A DNA stretch of 64,000 bases from a virus (Duplodnaviria; Caudoviricetes), in IMG/VR virus record IMGVR_UViG_2865859272_000007, positions 15,399 to 79,398 of that record, one strand, 5' to 3'. Below the pieces are notes generated by a model that worked only from the letters and a program-made list of their open reading frames with translations, did no database searches and was not told where the DNA came from. The stretch's first letter is position 1. The number at the start of each line of letters is the position of its first letter. Below, one piece after another: positions 30,121-41,600 of this stretch. The position numbers and the translations under genes were made by a program.

Positions 30121-32240
30121 ATGTCTTTCAACCAGTTCGTTAACGGGCGTCAGCCCGGCTCGCGGTCGCGGGTGATGAGCTACAGCGTCGGGTCGCCCGC
30201 GCTGGGCACAACGACCGCGGTTCATGCTGCGGTCACCGATGACGGCACCGAGCAGACGATCACCACTGCCATCACCAATCCCGACGTTCCTCGCGTCGTT
30301 ACCGCCACTGCTGGAGGCACAGCTGGTGACATCGGTGCGATTCAGGTCACCGTCAACGGCACGGACATCCACGGCAACACGATCTCCGAGGTGCTGCCGG
30401 CGTTCACCGTCGACACCGCGGGGACGGTCACCGGCACCAAGGCGTTCAAGACCGTGACCAGCATCGTGATCCCGGCGCACGACGGCACCGGGGCGACGAC
30501 CGCGGTCGGCGTCGGTGCCGCGCTCGGCCTTCCGGTGAAGCTGGACCGCGACACGGTCGTGGCGGCCTTCCTGGATGGGGTCCGCGAGTCGACCAGGCCG
30601 ACGGTGACGTTCTCGTCTTCGGCGGTCGAGTCGAACAAGGTGACGCTGTCCAGCGCCCTGGACGGCAACGCGGTGATCGTCGACTACTACACGTAAGCAG
30701 GGGTGACGAGATGAGTGACACCATGAAGATCGACGCCCGCTGGTACCTCACCGAGGACCAGTCCCGCGTCGTGCCTGAGGCGCACCCGGAGGCCCGCTGG
30801 CTGCACTGGATCCCCGGCGATGTGGTGTCGCTCGAAGAGGCGGAGCGCCTCGGCGCGGTCAAGGCCGAAGCCGAGGCGCCCGCCGCTCCGCCGCGACGTA
30901 AGCCCGGCCGGCCTCCGGCAACCAAGGCGCGAGTCCCGGCGGAGAACAAGGGTCGCAGCGGTTTCCGCAGCGCGAACGTCGAAGGGTGAGTGACCGATGG
31001 CCAACAACATCAGGCAGGCCGTCGGCCGCTCGCACACGGTGCTTGCGTCGGCCGCGCGCACAGCGACTCCCGACACGGAGGAGCTGGAGGTCCCGGCCGG
31101 CGCGAAGTTCGGCGTCTTCGTCCTGGACGCCACCGCGGCGGCGGATACGCCGTCGGTCACGATGAAGATCGAGGGCGTGGACCGCACATCGGGCAAGGTG
31201 TGGCTGCTCCTGGAGGACGCTGCCGTGACTGGTGTGGCGACGAGCACGCTGAAGATCGGCCCTGGGCTTACCGCGGCGGCCAACGAGGTCGCCAATGACT
31301 TCCTTCCCCCGGTAATCCGGATCACCTGCACGCACGCTGATGCGGACAGCATCACCTACTCGGTAGGAGCGCACTTCTCATGAGTGCGGCAGGTGCTGGC
31401 GTTGGCGCTTTCAACGCGATGGTGAAGACCGGCGTGCCGATCCTGCGCCCTGAGCAGCGGTGGGAGTGCCCGAACTGCGAGCTGAAGCAGGTGACGCACG
31501 AGGCGAAGCCGCATACGCGGTTTCATCCGTGCCGCGGCTTGAAGGGTCTTGCGGCTCCCATGGTCCCGGCCGGCACGAAGTGCAAGGTCGAGGCTGTGGA
31601 GCGCGAGGACTACGTCGGCAAGGAGCTCGTCACGGTTGATGGCGAGAGCCGGCCGATTATGCGGGTTGAGACGACCCGGGACGATGGAAATGACGTGGCG
31701 GTGTTCGCACCCTGTGCAACCGCTGGAGGAGGTGCGAACTAAATGGCCTGGACTGACAGTCGGATGTTCCTTGAGTTCATCCGCATCAACTCTCTGAAGG
31801 ATCCCGACGCAACGGCGCCGACGGGCTACGGAAACCTTCAGGCAGACAACCTGAAGGCGGCACTCTTCAACAATTCTGTAACCCCGGATAGGGATGCGGC
31901 GGTTGGAGATACGGGCTATAACACCGGTACCTGGCTGGTGGCGAACGAAGTCGATGATGGTACGAACTGGGACGCGGGCGGTGAGCCGGTGACCGGCGGA
32001 GCCATTACCGATCAGGGGTCTGGTGTGGTGCAGTTCGACGCTACCGATACGCCGCAAGGCGGCGCTTCGACCACGCTGTCGGATGTGCATGGCTGCCTGG
32101 TGTACGACGACGACATCACTGGCGGCACAGTAGCTGATCAGGGTATTTCGTACCATTATTTTGGCGGGGCACAATCCGTTACCTCAGGGACATTCACAGT
32201 TGTCTGGCATAGTAACGGATTGTTCCGGATCACCGTGTAA
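30121..32240 (+). CDS. Five accessory head/neck proteins: 30121-30696, 30711-30989, 30997-31383, 31380-31742, 31743-32240
   Basis: Thr/Ala/Val-rich beta-type sequences with RBSs, between capsid and head-tail adaptor. Confidence 0.75.
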
Positions 32241-32316
32241 TCGTCGACCCTGCCCGTCTCCGTGCCGCCGCCGAGTACCTGGAGGGCGGCTAGGCCGGTA
32301 GCGCGGAGGGGTGGGC

Positions 32317-35097
32317 ATGGCGATCACGTTCTCGGATGCGGGTAGTGGGGCCAGCGCCACCGCTGGAAGCAGTTTCGGTATCAGCCCGTCGTTCGCGAGC
32401 GGGGACCTGCTGGTCGTCCACATCGTCCTGGGCGACTCCGGCCGTACGATATCGGCGCCCTCGGGGTGGACGGCCCAGTACAACACCGGCGGCCCCGAGG
32501 CCGGCCAGCAGCACGCCATCTTCACGAAGATCATGACCGGGGGTGAAAGTACCCCGCTCACGTTCTCGTGGACTGGCGGTAACTCGACGCATGCGCGTAC
32601 CGCGATGAAGGTCGTGTCCAGCGTCAGCGATATCACGCTGCACAACTTCACCGTCAGCTCAACCGCGACGGACAACGCCAGCCCCTACACAACGTCTTCC
32701 ATCACTTTCGCTGGCGGCTACGCCATCTACGGTGCGGCGGGCGAAGGATCGGCTTCTTCCTCGTCCTGGTCTCAGTCGCACGGTGACACAGAGGTCGCCG
32801 ACGTCACTTCCGGTACCGGAACTGGCGAGGCGGCAGCCGTTTACCGTTCGGCGAGTACGCATTCTGGCTCGGTCAGTAAGACGATCTCGTCGTCGCCGAA
32901 TGACCGGTTCGCTGCTACGTGGTGGATCGCTGAGGTGCGCGAGTCTGCTGCGACGGAGGCTGCTGCGGGGCATTCGGCAGCCACGGGTACGGCGAACGCC
33001 CCCAGGCCGGCTGTCGGTACGGCCGCGGGTGCTTCGTCGGCGGTCGCCGTGGCGAACAGCGCGACGACGGCGTTGGCCGCGAGCCCGCCGGCCGGACACG
33101 CGCCTGCCAACGCGAGCGCGTTCCCTGCTGTGGGTGCGCTTGGCGCTTCGTGTGGCGCGGCCACGGTTTCGGTTGCTGTAAACGACGCGTCGGTGTCGGT
33201 GAGCGATTCCGGGCCTGCTGGCGTTGCGGCGGTGGCGGCGGTTGCCGCCGGTCCTGGTGTCGCGGTTGCGGCGTCGGCTGGTCATGCTGCTGTTGCCGGT
33301 TCTGCGCTTGGCGCTCTGGTGGACGCGGACGACACGATCGGCGAGGCGCCGGCCGTGCAGGCGGCCGTTGTCGCTGGCGACGGGGTTTTGTCGCTTGGGG
33401 CGTTGCCGGGTGTCGCTTCGGTGGGTGCCGCGGCCGGCGATGGCTCGGTAGCGGTCGGTTCAGGGGTTGGGGCTGCGGCGGCTGCCGCTGCGGTGGCCGA
33501 TGGCGTGGCGGGGCTCGGGGCAGCGCCTGGGCCGGCTGCGGGCGCGGTGGCGGTCAATGATGCTGCGGTTGCCGTGGAGTCCAGTGCTTCCGCTGGGGCG
33601 GTTGCGGGTACTGCGGCAGCCAACGATGCTTCGGTGTCGTTGGGGGTCGCGGCGGGGGCGGCATCCGCGGTTGCTTCGGTCGTCGATGCTGCGGTTGATG
33701 CGGACGACACGTTGGGCGAGGCCGGCGCGGTGGCGGTGTCGGCGTCGGCTTCCGAGGCTGTCGTGGCGGTGGCGCCGCAGGCTGGTCATGCTGCCGTGTC
33801 CGGGTCGGTGTCCGATGCTGTGGTTGATGCGGATGACACGCTGGGCGAGGCCGGTATCGCTGCGGTGTCGGCGGTTGTGGGTGACGTCCGGGCGGCGGTA
33901 GCTGCTGGGGCTGATGCTGCCGCGGGTTCGGTTACGGCGAACGATGCGACCCCGTCGTTGGCCTCGTTGCCCTCGGCCGGCCATGTTTCCGCGGCGGTCG
34001 CTGTGAACGACGGCCTGGCGGCGGTTTCTGTCGCCGCTGGGGGCGCGGCGGCGCAGGGCGTTGCGAACGATGCGACGGTGTCGTCCGAGTCGGCTACGAG
34101 CGCCCCTGCGGGTCTTGGGGCGGGTTCGGTTACGGCGAACGATGCTGCGGTGGCGGTTGCTGCTTCAGCCGGTTTGGCTGCGGTGCCGGTTGCGGCGAAC
34201 GACGCGACAGCCGATCTTGCCGCGTCGCCACCTGCTGGGCACGCTTCGGTGGCGGTGTCGGCTGAGGGGTCTGTCTCTGGGGCTGGATCCTTGGCCGGCG
34301 GGGTGCCGGTTTCTGCTTCTGCTGGTGATGCGGCGGTGTCTGCTGCTGCGGGTGCAGGTCTGGCCGCGGGTGCGGGTGCCGCGGGCGATGCCGTGGCTGG
34401 TGTGGCGACGGTGTCCGGGGGAGTCGGGGTCGCTGCTGGTGCCGGGGATCCGTCGACTGCCTTGACGGCTTCTGCGGGGGTTGGGTCGGTTTCCGTTGTC
34501 GCGAATGATGCGACGGCGTCGACGGTTGCGGAGACTGATGCTCCCGCGGGTCTTGCCGCGGCAGGGGCGTCGGCCGAGGGCCCGTCGACTGCGCTCACGG
34601 TTCCGGCGGGTCATGCCGCGGCTGTGTCGGCGGCGTTCGATGCTTCGGTGTCGGTCGGTACGGAGGCGCCGGCTGGGGCTGCCGTGGTGTCGTCGCTTGT
34701 CGAGGGCGCTGTTGTGGGCCAGGGCGCCGGGGCGGGGGAGGTTTCGGCTGCGGTCGGGGCCGCTTCCGTGGCGGCGTCGATGGCGGTGGCTGTTGGTTCT
34801 GTTTCGGTGTTGGCCGGGGCGAATGATGCGACGGTGCTCATCGGTGCGGTTCCGCCGGCGGGGCATGTGGTGTCGGTGGCCGCGGCGTTTGACGCCTTGG
34901 TTGAGGTCGGTGCGCGTCCTGGTGCTGGGTTGGTGTCTGTCGGTGCCGCTGGGGTTGTTGGCGAGTCGAGTACGGCGCGTCGTGTCAATGCTGGCGCGGT
35001 CTTGGTCCAGGCCGTGACGGCGCATGTGTCGACGCCTCGCCGAGGTTTGAAGATCAGCAAGCTCAGTCGCTCCCCGTACTGGAACCGGGAGACGTAG
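32317..35097 (+). CDS. Ala/Val/Gly-rich repetitive fibre-like virion protein (about 926 aa)
   Basis: N-terminal GDLLVVHI/APSGWT domain followed by many A.ANDA.V and DADDT.GEA repeats. Confidence 0.75.
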   Translation: MAITFSDAGSGASATAGSSFGISPSFASGDLLVVHIVLGDSGRTISAPSGWTAQYNTGGPEAGQQHAIFTKIMTGGESTPLTFSWTGGNSTHARTAMKVVSSVSDITLHNFTVSSTATDNASPYTTSSITFAGGYAIYGAAGEGSASSSSWSQSHGDTEVADVTSGTGTGEAAAVYRSASTHSGSVSKTISSSPNDRFAATWWIAEVRESAATEAAAGHSAATGTANAPRPAVGTAAGASSAVAVANSATTALAASPPAGHAPANASAFPAVGALGASCGAATVSVAVNDASVSVSDSGPAGVAAVAAVAAGPGVAVAASAGHAAVAGSALGALVDADDTIGEAPAVQAAVVAGDGVLSLGALPGVASVGAAAGDGSVAVGSGVGAAAAAAAVADGVAGLGAAPGPAAGAVAVNDAAVAVESSASAGAVAGTAAANDASVSLGVAAGAASAVASVVDAAVDADDTLGEAGAVAVSASASEAVVAVAPQAGHAAVSGSVSDAVVDADDTLGEAGIAAVSAVVGDVRAAVAAGADAAAGSVTANDATPSLASLPSAGHVSAAVAVNDGLAAVSVAAGGAAAQGVANDATVSSESATSAPAGLGAGSVTANDAAVAVAASAGLAAVPVAANDATADLAASPPAGHASVAVSAEGSVSGAGSLAGGVPVSASAGDAAVSAAAGAGLAAGAGAAGDAVAGVATVSGGVGVAAGAGDPSTALTASAGVGSVSVVANDATASTVAETDAPAGLAAAGASAEGPSTALTVPAGHAAAVSAAFDASVSVGTEAPAGAAVVSSLVEGAVVGQGAGAGEVSAAVGAASVAASMAVAVGSVSVLAGANDATVLIGAVPPAGHVVSVAAAFDALVEVGARPGAGLVSVGAAGVVGESSTARRVNAGAVLVQAVTAHVSTPRRGLKISKLSRSPYWNRET

Positions 35098-35115
35098 CGA
35101 AGGAGGTGCGTTCGT

Positions 35116-35721
35116 TTGGCCCTCGGTGATCCCTACGCGACCCGTGCCCAGCTCAAGAGCTACCTCAAGATCACCAATAGTGATCATGACGAGCAGCTCG
35201 ACGACGCTCTCAGCAGCTCGACGCGCGAGATCGAGAAGCATTGCGGCAGGCAGTTCAACGACGCCGTAACGACGTCGGCGCGGGTCTTCCGCCCACTGAA
35301 CAGCCGAACGGCGATCGTCGACGACTTCCACACGACCACCGGCCTCGTCATCAAGACCGACACCGATGACGACGGGGTCTATGAGACCACCTGGGCCTCT
35401 ACCGACTACGAGCTGGAGCCCTTGAACGGGATCCGGGACGGCGTACCCGGCTGGCCCTACTGGCGCATCAAGGCCGTGGAAAGCGAGCTCTTCCCCGACG
35501 GCCATCGCGCCACCCTCCAAGTGGAGGCCCGCTGGGGCTGGGCCGCGGTGCCGGCGCCTGTGAAGCAGTCCTGCCTCATCCTGGCCGCAGAAACGTTCAA
35601 GCTGGCCGGCGCCCCTCTCGGCGTGGCGGGTTTCGGGGAGTTCGGGGGCGTCCGGGTCCGGCACAACGCCATGGTGCAGCGGAAACTCCGACCGTTCTGC
35701 CGCGGCGCGAGGGTGGCGTAA
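35116..35721 (+). CDS. Head-tail adaptor
   Basis: YATRAQLK.YL, IEKHCGRQF, WGW.AVPAPVKQ.CL.LA. Confidence 0.85.
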   Translation: MALGDPYATRAQLKSYLKITNSDHDEQLDDALSSSTREIEKHCGRQFNDAVTTSARVFRPLNSRTAIVDDFHTTTGLVIKTDTDDDGVYETTWASTDYELEPLNGIRDGVPGWPYWRIKAVESELFPDGHRATLQVEARWGWAAVPAPVKQSCLILAAETFKLAGAPLGVAGFGEFGGVRVRHNAMVQRKLRPFCRGARVA

Positions 35722-36143
35722 TGGCGTCGCTCTCGCAGATCCGTAGTGGGATCAAGACCACGATCGAGGCCAATGTCAGCGCTCTCACGGTCTATCACAA
35801 GATGCCGGAGCAGGTGAACGGGGATTCGGTGCTCTGCGAACCCTCTGGGACTGATTTCGCCAAGTCTTTCGGTCGCGGCTTGGATGAGTACGAGTTCAAT
35901 CTCTTTGTGTTCGTGCCCATGGTCGAGTGGGACAGCGCTCAGGACCGCGTGGACGGATACATCACCGGTGCTGGAGCCAGCAGCATTCGGCAGGTCGTGT
36001 TCCAGAATCGGACTTTGGGGCTCACGTCCACGGATGCCCATATCTCGAAGATGATGGGCTACGGCGCTCAGTACAAGGTCGCCAATCTGCAATTCATCGG
36101 CGCGGCCCTGAAGCTCATCGTAGTGACGGACGGCAGCGCGTAA
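35721..36143 (+). CDS. Tail terminator-like protein
   Basis: Position; LSQIRSGIK..I; beta-rich. Confidence 0.65.
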   Translation: MASLSQIRSGIKTTIEANVSALTVYHKMPEQVNGDSVLCEPSGTDFAKSFGRGLDEYEFNLFVFVPMVEWDSAQDRVDGYITGAGASSIRQVVFQNRTLGLTSTDAHISKMMGYGAQYKVANLQFIGAALKLIVVTDGSA

Positions 36144-36158
36144 CCAAAGAACTCCCCC

Positions 36159-36185
36159 AGCCCTCGCTGACGCGGGGGCTTTTTT
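36159..36185 (+). terminator. Intrinsic terminator
   Basis: AGCCCTCGC-TGAC-GCGGGGGCT followed by TTTTT. Confidence 0.8.
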
Positions 36186-36218
36186 CATGCCCGAAAGCAG
36201 ACCAAGAAGGGGACGGTA

Positions 36219-36877
36219 ATGGCCGCTCTCACAACTAACAACATTGTGTATGCCGGGACCGCTCCTACTTTCGAGTCGGCTGCGCTCTCCGACACGGCGG
36301 AAGTCGGGAAGAACAAGTTCGCCGTATACAAGAACACCGACGCCTCCACGCGGACCGTCACCATCGATGTGCCCACGGGGAATACCCCGTACACCGAAAA
36401 GGACCCGGACGTCGAGTACACGCTTGCCGCGAATACGGGAGAGCTGTGGATTCCGCTGCATTCGGATTATGACGACGGAACCGGTCGCTGCACCATCACC
36501 GTCAGCGCTATTGCTGGCGTGACGGTCGCCATCGTTCATGCCGGGTGGGTTGAGTAATGGGGCGGCGTAAGCAGCCGCGTGTTGTCTCGCCTGAAGTCCA
36601 GGCCGCCCGCGAGGAACAGCGCCGCAAGAACCGCGAGGCCAACAAGGCCCCGAGTCGTACCCCTGAAGAACTGGCCGCCCTGGAAGAGCAACGGCGCAGG
36701 AACCGCCTTGCCAATAAGTCTCCCGCCTATCTGGCTGAGCTTGCCGAGAAGGCCAAGGAAGAGGCGGAGGCCGAAGCGCCGAAGCCGGTCGATCCAGAAC
36801 CCCCGAAGGCCGAATCCGCAAAGCCTGCATTCATATCGGCCAATGAAAGGGCCGCTTTTAGGAAGAAGGGGGCCTAA
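36219..36877 (+). CDS. Two small tail-region proteins (36219-36557; 36557-36877, charged helical with an internal repeat)
   Basis: Coupled ORFs; EEQRR.NR.ANK.P occurs twice in the second. Confidence 0.7.
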
Positions 36878-36880
36878 CCA

Positions 36881-37300
36881 ATGGCCGGAAAGCAGATTCT
36901 GACGAACTGCAAGATTGTTGTGGACGGTGTGGACTTCACCAACCACGCCTCCTCGGTGGAGATCACTGCGTCGAAGGACGAAGTGGACACCACGTCCTTC
37001 GACGGCGCTGGCCGGGAGCGTAAGGCCGGTCTCCAGGACAACTCGTTCACCATCAACTTCCAGCAGGACTTCGACGCCAACGAGGTCGACGCCACGCTGT
37101 TCCCGCTGTGGAACAACGCCACCGAGTTCACCGTCGCCGTCCGACCCGTCGACGCAGCGATATCCGCGACCAACCCCGAGTACAGCGGTACGTGCATCCT
37201 CCTGGAGTACACGCCGCTCGCCGGGTCTGTGGGCGACCTGTCGGAGACCGAGGTGACCTTCCCGGTTCAGCGAGGAACGTTCACCCGCGCTACGTCGTAA
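36881..37300 (+). CDS. Major tail (tube) protein
   Basis: GVDFTNHASSVEI, DTTSFDG, GLQD..FTI.F.QDF, NPEYSG.C pattern of actinophage tail tube proteins. Confidence 0.85.
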   Translation: MAGKQILTNCKIVVDGVDFTNHASSVEITASKDEVDTTSFDGAGRERKAGLQDNSFTINFQQDFDANEVDATLFPLWNNATEFTVAVRPVDAAISATNPEYSGTCILLEYTPLAGSVGDLSETEVTFPVQRGTFTRATS

Positions 37301-37818
37301 TGCCTGCGATCATCCGCCGCCGTGGCCGGGACATGACGTTCCTTGTCGTTCCCGGTCCGGAGGTCCAGCGCGTCAGTGCAGCGCTCGGTCAAGAGGACGT
37401 TGCGATTCCCCGCCAGTCCCGCCAGGTCGTACGGCGAGAAGCTCGCCGTTTGGCGCGGGTCGCTCAGAACAAGGTCCGGAGCCTGCCGATCGCCGGCTCT
37501 TCCGGAAGGCACACGGGCCTGCGCAGGCGTGTCGCCGCCGGAGTGCGTGTCGTCGACGTCCCCGAAGGCGCCCACGTGCAAACCACGATGGCTGAAAGAG
37601 ACGAGGCCATTATCCCGTGGGGTCTTGACAGTCCGAAGGGCTGGCGCCATCCGGTATTCGGGAATCGCGAAGTCTGGGTGCAGCAGCGACCTCATGTGCA
37701 TGGCTGGTTCAGGGGCACGTTCGAAGACGGCGAGCATCTGATCGAGCAGTCCCTTGAGGACGTGCTTGAGCGTTCCGCTCGTCGAATCGCTGCCGAGGGC
37801 CGCATAAGGCCCCTGTGA
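37300..37818 (+). CDS. HK97 gp10-like tail completion protein
   Basis: Position; GWRHPVFGNR..WVQQ motif. Confidence 0.65.
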   Translation: MPAIIRRRGRDMTFLVVPGPEVQRVSAALGQEDVAIPRQSRQVVRREARRLARVAQNKVRSLPIAGSSGRHTGLRRRVAAGVRVVDVPEGAHVQTTMAERDEAIIPWGLDSPKGWRHPVFGNREVWVQQRPHVHGWFRGTFEDGEHLIEQSLEDVLERSARRIAAEGRIRPL

Positions 37819-37913
37819 CTGGGGCGGCCGGAGGGTTTCGCGGGTTCCTCTCCGGCCGTCCCTCTTTTCAACCCGTGTGGACCCGTGACAACTCAATACA
37901 GGAGTACGAACCC

Positions 37914-38318
37914 ATGGCGCTTCTCAGCAAGGAAGAACTTCTCAAAAACGGGAAGACTCTTCCCACCAAGGTCATCGAGGTCCCCGAGTGGGGTGGCGAG
38001 GTGACGATCCGGTGCCTTACCGGAGCCGAGCGCGACAGGTACGAGGCTTCCCTCGCCCGCCTGGACCGGAAAACTGGTGCGATGGTCCCGAACCTCGTCA
38101 ATTCTCGGGCCCGGCTCGTGGCGATGAGCATCGTCGACGAGACCGGTAAGCGGATGTTCTCCGACGATGACATTCTGGAGCTGGGCGGTACCTCCTCGAT
38201 CGCTTTGACGCGTGTATGGGTGGCCGCATGCCAGCTGTCCGGTATCAGCGAAGCTGAGGTTGAGGCCGCCGCGGAGGATTTCGACGAAATCCAGAGCGAG
38301 GATTCCAGCGAAGGCTAG
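37914..38318 (+). CDS. Tail assembly chaperone (G)
   Basis: VPEWGGEV.IR.LTGAERD..E motif; upstream of the tape measure gene. Confidence 0.85.
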   Translation: MALLSKEELLKNGKTLPTKVIEVPEWGGEVTIRCLTGAERDRYEASLARLDRKTGAMVPNLVNSRARLVAMSIVDETGKRMFSDDDILELGGTSSIALTRVWVAACQLSGISEAEVEAAAEDFDEIQSEDSSEG

Positions 38319-38587
38319 CGCTCGCTCTGGGATACCCCAGCGTTGAAGACATGCTGGACGCGATGTCCTCGGCTGAATACACGCAGTGGCGCGGTTTCGA
38401 AAGAGCCTACGGTCCGATCGATCGGCGCTACAGCGACGAAGCTCTCGCCAATATTCATGAGCAGCTACAGGCCATCACCTACCTCATCGGTGCTCAGCTG
38501 ACCAGCCAGAAAAAGGGCGCCAAGAACCCGGTTCCCCAGCCCAAGCACTTCCCTCGACCCCATGAGGTCGGCAAGCACCACGACTGA
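38276..38587 (+). CDS. Tail assembly chaperone extension (T, -1 frame)
   Basis: -1 frame is open from about 38264 and reads RRLALALG..VEDML..MSSAEYTQW. Confidence 0.75.
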   Translation, partial: GFRRNPERGFQRRLALALGYPSVEDMLDAMSSAEYTQWRGFERAYGPIDRRYSDEALANIHEQLQAITYLIGAQLTSQKKGAKNPVPQPKHFPRPHEVGKHHD

Positions 38588-38604
38588 GGAAGGGGGCGGC
38601 TGGG

Positions 38605-41600
38605 GTGCCGGTTACGAATCTCGGCTTCAATATCGTCAGTGCCTACAATGGCCGCGGCGTCCGGCAGGCGCAGCGCGACATCCGGTCGCTCAACTCTCAG
38701 ATCATCCGCGTCTCCAACATCACTCAGGGCGTCTCCACGATCGGAATCGGCGCTCTCCGCGGAGTCGCGGTGGCCACCGCCCCGGCGCTGCTGACTCTTA
38801 CTCGCGCTGCGACGTCTTCGGTGGCCTCGATCACCGCGATGGGCGTAGCGGCGGGTTCGGTTGGTGGCATTTTCGCCGGCGCCATGACTGGCGCGATCAA
38901 GCGCACTATCGAGATGCGGGATTCTACCGGAGCCCTGCGCGGCGAGGTCGATAAGGCAAAGGCAGCCCTGGACAAGGAGAAGGCGGCACTCGCCGGCCTC
39001 AAGCCCGGTAGCCAGGCGTACAAGAACCAGCTTGATCGGATCAAGGAAGCGCAGGCTGCTGTCACCGAGGCGCAGAACGAGTACAACGCGTCCTTGAAGA
39101 GGATGACTCCCTCTCAGAACGCGTTTCTGAAGAGCCTTGACCTGACAACTACTGCTTGGAACAAGTTCATTGTTGCCACGCAGGACAAAACGTTGACGGT
39201 GGCCAGCCAGACCCTGACCGGTGTGGCTGGGGCGATCGGCAAGATGAAGCCGGTTGTGGACGCGATTTTCCCAGCGGTTCAGCGGGTGAGTCAGGCATTT
39301 CAGAAGTGGGCCACCGGCTCCGGTATGGACCGGTTCATTCAGGTGCTCCTCGATAGAGGGGTTCCCGCGCTGGACGCTCTTCTTCGTGCAGGCCGGTCGG
39401 TGATGACCGTGCTCGGCGCGGGTTTCCGCGCATTCGCTCCTCTTGGCGCGAGCATGGCGAACAGCATCATGCGTGGCGCTGCGGCCATGGCGGCCTGGGC
39501 TCAGGACGGCGGGTTCCTTCGCTTCATCGAGCGGGTGCGGCAGGACGCGCCTCAGGTCCGCGAGTTCCTGCGGGCCTTGAGGGACGGGCTCTCGCAGCTC
39601 CTCCAGGCGATCAGGGAGCTCGGACCGCTGGCGCTCGGGCTGTCGACGGCGCTCTTGCGGATCATCGCGTCCACGCCGATCCCCGTCCTTCAGGCGATCA
39701 TCCTGTCCTATACGGCATGGAAGACCGCCCTGCTGGGACTGATCGTCGTCAAGGGTCTGTTCATCGGCGTGATGGGCTTGGCGCGGGCCGCGGTCTTCGC
39801 CTACAGCCTCGCGCAGATCCTCCTGACCGGAAGCACAAGGCTGCTCGGCGCCTCGACAATGGCGCTGAGCGTGCAGCTCCTCGTCATGCAGGCCCGCATG
39901 CTGATCATCGCGGCAGCGACCAAGGTGTGGGCAGCAGCGCAGTGGCTCCTGAACATCGCCATGCGCGCGAATCCCATCATCTTGATCGTCTCCCTGATTG
40001 CCACACTGGTCGCGGGCATCATCTGGGTCGCCACCCAGACACGCTTCTTCCAGACCGTGTGGAGCGCGGTATGGAACACCGTGAAGGCCGTAGCGGACTT
40101 CATCTGGAGCGCCCTTCAGTTCGGATTCCGCGCGATGGTGACGTTCTTCGTCATCGTTTGGCAGACCGTCTCAGGCGCCCTGGTCGCTGCATGGAACGTG
40201 GTCTGGAACCTCATGCGGGTGGCCGCCCAGGTCGTCTGGACCGTCCTCCAGGCGGCGTGGAACGTCTTCATCAACACGCTCCTCACGATCTGGAACGCGG
40301 TTTCAACCGCTCTTGCGGCGGCCTGGAACGCGGTTTGGAACGGCATCCGAGTAGCTGCACAAGCGATCTGGACCGTCCTCCAGGCGGCCTGGAACATCTT
40401 CATCAACACGCTCCTCACGATCTGGAATGTGGTTTCCACGGCCCTTGTCACGGCCTGGAACTTCGTCTGGAACGTCATAAGTACGGCCGCACAGGGGATC
40501 TGGACCATCCTTCAGGCGGCGTGGAACGTCTTCATCAACACGCTGCTGACCATTTGGAACACGGTCTCCGCTGCCCTTCGAGCGGCATGGGACCTCGTCT
40601 GGACCGGGATCCAGACCGCAGCAGAGACGGTGTGGAACTTCCTCACCGCGGCGTGGGAAACCTTCACCAACACGCTGCAATCGATCTGGGACGGCTTCAA
40701 AGACGGGTTCATGTCCGCCATCGAAGCTGTCTGGAAAAGCATCCGGTCCACGGCCGAGTCGGTCTGGCGCAGCATCGGTGAGGTCATCGAGGGCGCCATC
40801 AACGGCATCATCGGGATCATCAACCGGATCATCGGTGCTTGGAACAGGATCACGGGCGCTGTCGGGCTCGATTCGCTCAACATTCCGACGATCCCCACCG
40901 TCAGCATCAACTTCGCGTACGGCGGAATCGTTGGGGAGGCCCCCGGGTTCGCCAAGGGCGGCACCGTCGCAATGCACCGCAGGGGCGGTGTCCTCCCTGG
41001 GTATTCGCCCGGTCGGGACACCGTTCCGGCCATGCTCAGCCGCGGCGAGGGCGTCCTCGTGCCGGAAGCGGTCCGCGGCCTGGGGCCGAACTTCGTCCAC
41101 TGGGCGAACCGGCACTTCTCCAGGGGCCGGGCCGGTAAGAACGTGGCCTACCCGGGCTACGCCGTCGGCGGGATCGCCGGCATCGAGGCGTGGCAGCGGG
41201 TCGGCGGCGACGTCGGCTGGGCCTTCCTTCAGGGCGGCGGTGTCGTCACGGGCGACGACGACACCCCGCGGCCGAACATCGGCCAGGGGGCGTTCTTCAG
41301 CAGCGACCCCAACCGCAGGGAGCGCAGCCCCAGCTTCGGTGGCGTTGCCGGTATCGGCAGTCCCGAAGCGCCGGAAGGGCCGATCAGCGGGTTCGTCACG
41401 AACGTGTTGGGATTCCTTGGGGAAGCGGCGATTCGTGCCGCGTTCAGCTTTGCGACCCGTCTGCTCGACGGCTTCAGCATGGCCGGCAACTTCGGGAAGA
41501 TCCTCGTCGCGGGCACCAAGAAGATCCTCAACGCCATGATCGACGATCTGATTCGGCGGGACTCCGAGGCCAAGGCCGAGTTCGAGTCGATGGCGGTCGC

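Noticed and set aside
36881-37300. Radical SAM annotation sometimes propagated to this family
   Set aside because: No CxxxCxxC motif; size and position fit a tail tube protein
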